NCBI GenBank assembly: GCA_042218235.1
Contig: JBDGRI010000036.1
Span: forward strand, 1-54,512
DNA length: 54,512 nucleotides
DNA from: Candidatus Pacearchaeota archaeon
Lineage (GTDB): Archaea; Nanobdellota; Nanobdellia; Pacearchaeales; GW2011-AR1
Direction of reading: 5' to 3'
Positions within the stretch are counted from its first letter, which is position 1. Every line of letters begins with the position of its first letter. Below the pieces are notes generated by a model, which did no database searches, was not told the origin of the DNA, and worked only from the letters and a program-made list of their open reading frames with translations. Of the stretch, positions 52,068 to 54,512 are shown piece after piece. The position numbers and the translations under genes were made by a program.

Positions 52068-52271
52068 CTCAAAATCTTCCTTAAAAAATTTGCTAAAACT
52101 GTTTGTAAAATCATAGAAAACGTCTGTGCTTAACGGCCTTTTTTTGGCATTACTAAGTAACCTAACTGCTTATTCAAAACTTAAATCGTTTTCTGGAGTT
52201 TTGCTGGCCATCAATAAAACTAAAACAAGAGGATTAAAAATGTTTCGATTGTTTAAATTATAAAATTACAA

Positions 52272-53546
52272 CTAAGGACTCAACCTCTTCCTGTCACGAG
52301 GGAATAAGGTGGCTTCACGAATATTGTCTAAGTTCAAGAAAGTTTGAGTCATTCTTTCTAGTCCAATGCTCCAACCTGAATGGTAAGGGGCGCCGTACTT
52401 GAAGGCATCTATGTACCATTGAAGGTTTTTTGGGTCGAGTTCTTTTGATTTTACTCTTTCTGTAAGAATTTCTGGCTTGTGAATTCTCTGTCCCCCCGAA
52501 CTTATTTCAATTCCTCCATAAATTGCATCGAATCCGGCAGAAACCTTGTCATCTTTTGGCCAAATGTAGAAAGGCCTTACATCCAAAGGCCACTCATAAA
52601 CAAAAACTATTGTATCGGGGTAAATTTCATTTATTTTTCTCTCAGCTTCTGGTTCTAAGTCCTTGCCTTCGCTTATTTCTAGTCCGTGTTCATTAAGCAA
52701 ATCTATTGTTTCTTTGTAAGTTAAGTATTTTACATCCGGAACCTTTAATTCCGCTCCTAAAGCCTTAATTTCCTGCTGACAATGCTCGTTAACTTTTTTG
52801 GCTATGTGCTGAACTGCTTCTGCTAGGTACCTCATAGCCCCAAAGTCGTCAACAAAACTTGCCTCCATATCCATTTGCTTTATTTCGTTTATATGTCTGC
52901 CAGTATCGTGTTTTTCAGCTCTCCAGACAGCCCTTGTTGAGAAAACTTTTTCCAGAGAAATTGCCATTAGTTGCTTGTAAAGTTGTGGAGATTGTGCTAG
53001 ATAGGCATTTTTTTCGAAATATTTTATTTCGAATAAGTCCGTTCCTCCTTCTGTAGATGTTGAAATTATTCCTGGAGGCTGTATTTCTGTAAATCCGTTT
53101 TCATAGAAGTATTCTCTGAAAGCATTAATGATTGTAGATTGTATTTTGAAAATTGCTTGGACTTTTGGTTTTCTAACGTCAAGGAAACGGTTGTCAATCC
53201 GATTGTTGAGTTCTGTACTAGTTGTCTTTTCATTAACATGAATTGGCAAAGGATCAGATTTGTTTAGGACATTTAATTCTGAAACCTCGATTTCAATGTC
53301 CTTTCTTGCATGTTCGGCCTTTATTTCGGACTTGTTTGCTTTTCCTTTTACTTCGATGACTGATTCAAGATTAAGTTCAGCGATTTTTCCAAGATTTTCT
53401 TGGTCTTTAATGACACATTGAACCATTCCTGAGGCATCTCTTAAAAGAATAAATGCCATTTTTGATAATGCTCTAATCTCAAAAGCCCAGCCCATAAGTC
53501 GGACTTCTTCACCTTCGGAAATTTCGGAGGTGTATTTTCTTTCCAT
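52272..53546 (-). CDS. aspS: aspartyl-tRNA synthetase (archaeal type, class IIb)
   Basis: OB N-terminus, class II motifs, GWSIGLERMT, C-terminal LFPRDRKRLSP. Confidence 0.92.
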   Translation of the reverse strand: MERKYTSEISEGEEVRLMGWAFEIRALSKMAFILLRDASGMVQCVIKDQENLGKIAELNLESVIEVKGKANKSEIKAEHARKDIEIEVSELNVLNKSDPLPIHVNEKTTSTELNNRIDNRFLDVRKPKVQAIFKIQSTIINAFREYFYENGFTEIQPPGIISTSTEGGTDLFEIKYFEKNAYLAQSPQLYKQLMAISLEKVFSTRAVWRAEKHDTGRHINEIKQMDMEASFVDDFGAMRYLAEAVQHIAKKVNEHCQQEIKALGAELKVPDVKYLTYKETIDLLNEHGLEISEGKDLEPEAERKINEIYPDTIVFVYEWPLDVRPFYIWPKDDKVSAGFDAIYGGIEISSGGQRIHKPEILTERVKSKELDPKNLQWYIDAFKYGAPYHSGWSIGLERMTQTFLNLDNIREATLFPRDRKRLSP

Positions 53547-53589
53547 ATTTACTATAGAGAAAAGACATTTATTAAATTAACTATAACCA

Positions 53590-53705
53590 GGCTTTATTTT
53601 TTTGAGCTTTTTTAGGCTTTTTTCCTGATTTTTTTCTTTTCCTTCCTCTTCCTTTTTAACCTCTCTTTTTATTCTTCTTTTTTCTTCTTCTTGCTGTTGC
53701 TGCTG
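53590..53705. repeat. ~115-bp polypyrimidine (+) / polypurine (-) tract upstream of aspS
   Basis: The + strand is almost entirely C/T (TTTTTTCTTTTCCTTCCTCTTCCTTTTT...TTCTTCTTTTTTCTTCTTCTTGCTGTTGCTGCTGC). It is open on the minus strand for 44 codons, but there is no start and a TAA lies immediately upstream. Confidence 0.6.
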
Positions 53706-53857
53706 CGACTGTTAAGGCTTCACTTCTTACGATTACTATTAAGTACTTTCGTATTTTAAGTTATCACTTATTTACTATTTTATCTATTTATTTTCTTATT
53801 AGTCCAAAGCTTACTGTTGTTTCTCTTAAATCGACTTTTCTTATTACATAGAAAAAT

Positions 53858-54187
53858 CTAACATTTTAACTTAGATATTATCCAACTACTGTTAATCTTG
53901 TTAAGCTTGTGCTTCTCCCTCTTACTCATAATTTTGGTTATAATAACTGTTTTGTTATGGGGGATGAGATACTTAGCTGCTAAACTAGCTTTTTTCATTA
54001 TTATGGGATGGATGCTGTGATGATTGATTAGAAGATTTATCTGAATCTTAAAAAGTAGTTTCATATTGCTGAATATTTTAAGTACTGTTAGCTTCATTAT
54101 GTGGTAACTGTTGAGTTTAACACTTCTAATCAATGAAACCTTATTACTAGTGATTTTTGCTTTGCTAATAAAAGTTCTTTTCATCAT
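53858..54187 (-). CDS. doubtful hypothetical ORF in ORF-poor terminal region
   Basis: 109-codon ORF, extremely Lys/Ile/Asn/Leu/Ser-rich, no motif and no RBS seen. An ORF this long in such AT-rich sequence is only marginally unexpected by chance. Confidence 0.2.
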   Translation of the reverse strand: MMKRTFISKAKITSNKVSLIRSVKLNSYHIMKLTVLKIFSNMKLLFKIQINLLINHHSIHPIIMKKASLAAKYLIPHNKTVIITKIMSKREKHKLNKINSSWIISKLKC

Positions 54188-54512
54188 AATTTTATTAATA
54201 CTATTTAAAATACAATGAGCCTTTAGAAGAATCTTTTCTATACTATTATTTAAGCTTCTCTATTTCTTACTTCACTTATTGGGTTTATTATTCATCTTAC
54301 CCATATTTTTAAGAGGAAAAGTATTATTATTAAACGTTTATATGCTAAGTATTAGTAGTCGGTGCTTACATGGGAGGGTTATAACTAAGTACACGGGTTT
54401 TTGTGTTACACTATTAATTGGGAAGAGAATTATAGTTTAAAGTACCATGATTCATATCGTTAAAGTTATTCTTATCTATACTATTAGTTCCTTCATAACC
54501 CACTTAACTCTA

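Noticed and set aside
53578-53712. Minus-strand K/E/Q-rich reading frame (QSQQQQQEEEKRRIKREVKKEEEGKEKNQEKSLKKLKKIKPGYS) upstream of aspS
   Set aside because: It is open for only 44 codons, has no ATG/GTG/TTG start, and a TAA lies immediately upstream. It is a by-product of the polypurine tract.
54017-54044. C/D-box sRNA candidate (GTGATGA ... CTGA)
   Set aside because: Box spacing (17 nt to the CTGA, no second C'/D pair, no terminal stem) does not fit archaeal C/D sRNA architecture.
53547-54512. rRNA or other large conserved RNA at the contig end
   Set aside because: The G+C content is far too low relative to what structured rRNA shows even in AT-rich genomes, and no conserved rRNA motifs were recognised.

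Overview
AT-rich, gene-dense window that reads as a small archaeal genome, plausibly DPANN-like (lineage is inference). Evidence for archaeal origin: rpoH-rpoB-rpoA-nusA-S12-S7-EF2 cluster, aIF5B, S6e, archaeal DnaG, a RecJ/Cdc45-like DHH nuclease, class I CCA-adding enzyme and RtcB. Many genes have GGAGG-type ribosome-binding sites. Mixed in are bacterial-flavoured genes: NrdR, an M23 peptidase, UppP, YbhB-type PEBP and a C39-like peptidase. Main blocks: (1) 0-2.7 kb, PolX PHP tail plus three membrane proteins. (2) 2.7-8.1 kb, aIF5B, S6e, TrpRS, a sulfotransferase and orphans. (3) 8.2-14.5 kb, a redox/metal/peptidase stretch: frameshifted cupredoxin-like gene, NDH-2-like flavoprotein, rhodanese, three Zn peptidases, CopA. 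(4) 14.5-20.1 kb, a dNTP-supply island: ATP-cone/PD-(D/E)xK nuclease, NrdR with palindromic boxes, class II RNR, dCTP deaminase, thioredoxin. (5) 20.2-35.2 kb, tRNA-Lys and the transcription/translation cluster, with pyruvate kinase and UppP inserted. (6) 35.4-38.5 kb, RecJ-like and DnaG genes diverging around a roughly 108-nt structured element. (7) 38.7-53.5 kb, surface proteins, CCA enzyme, a GTPase/DUF2073-like/Zn-ribbon triad, RtcB, an ATP-cone protein with a polylysine tail, tandem PEBP genes, AsnRS and AspRS. (8) The last ~960 bp are ORF-poor and compositionally odd. No CRISPR array, transposase, integrase or rRNA was seen. Most notable: one sensor domain (ATP-cone) attached to three different outputs, a single-ORF A'+A'' RNA polymerase subunit, an 85-bp tandem repeat making stacked uORFs on the aIF5B start, and the structured element between the replication genes. 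All homology calls come from motif recognition by eye; no searches were run.
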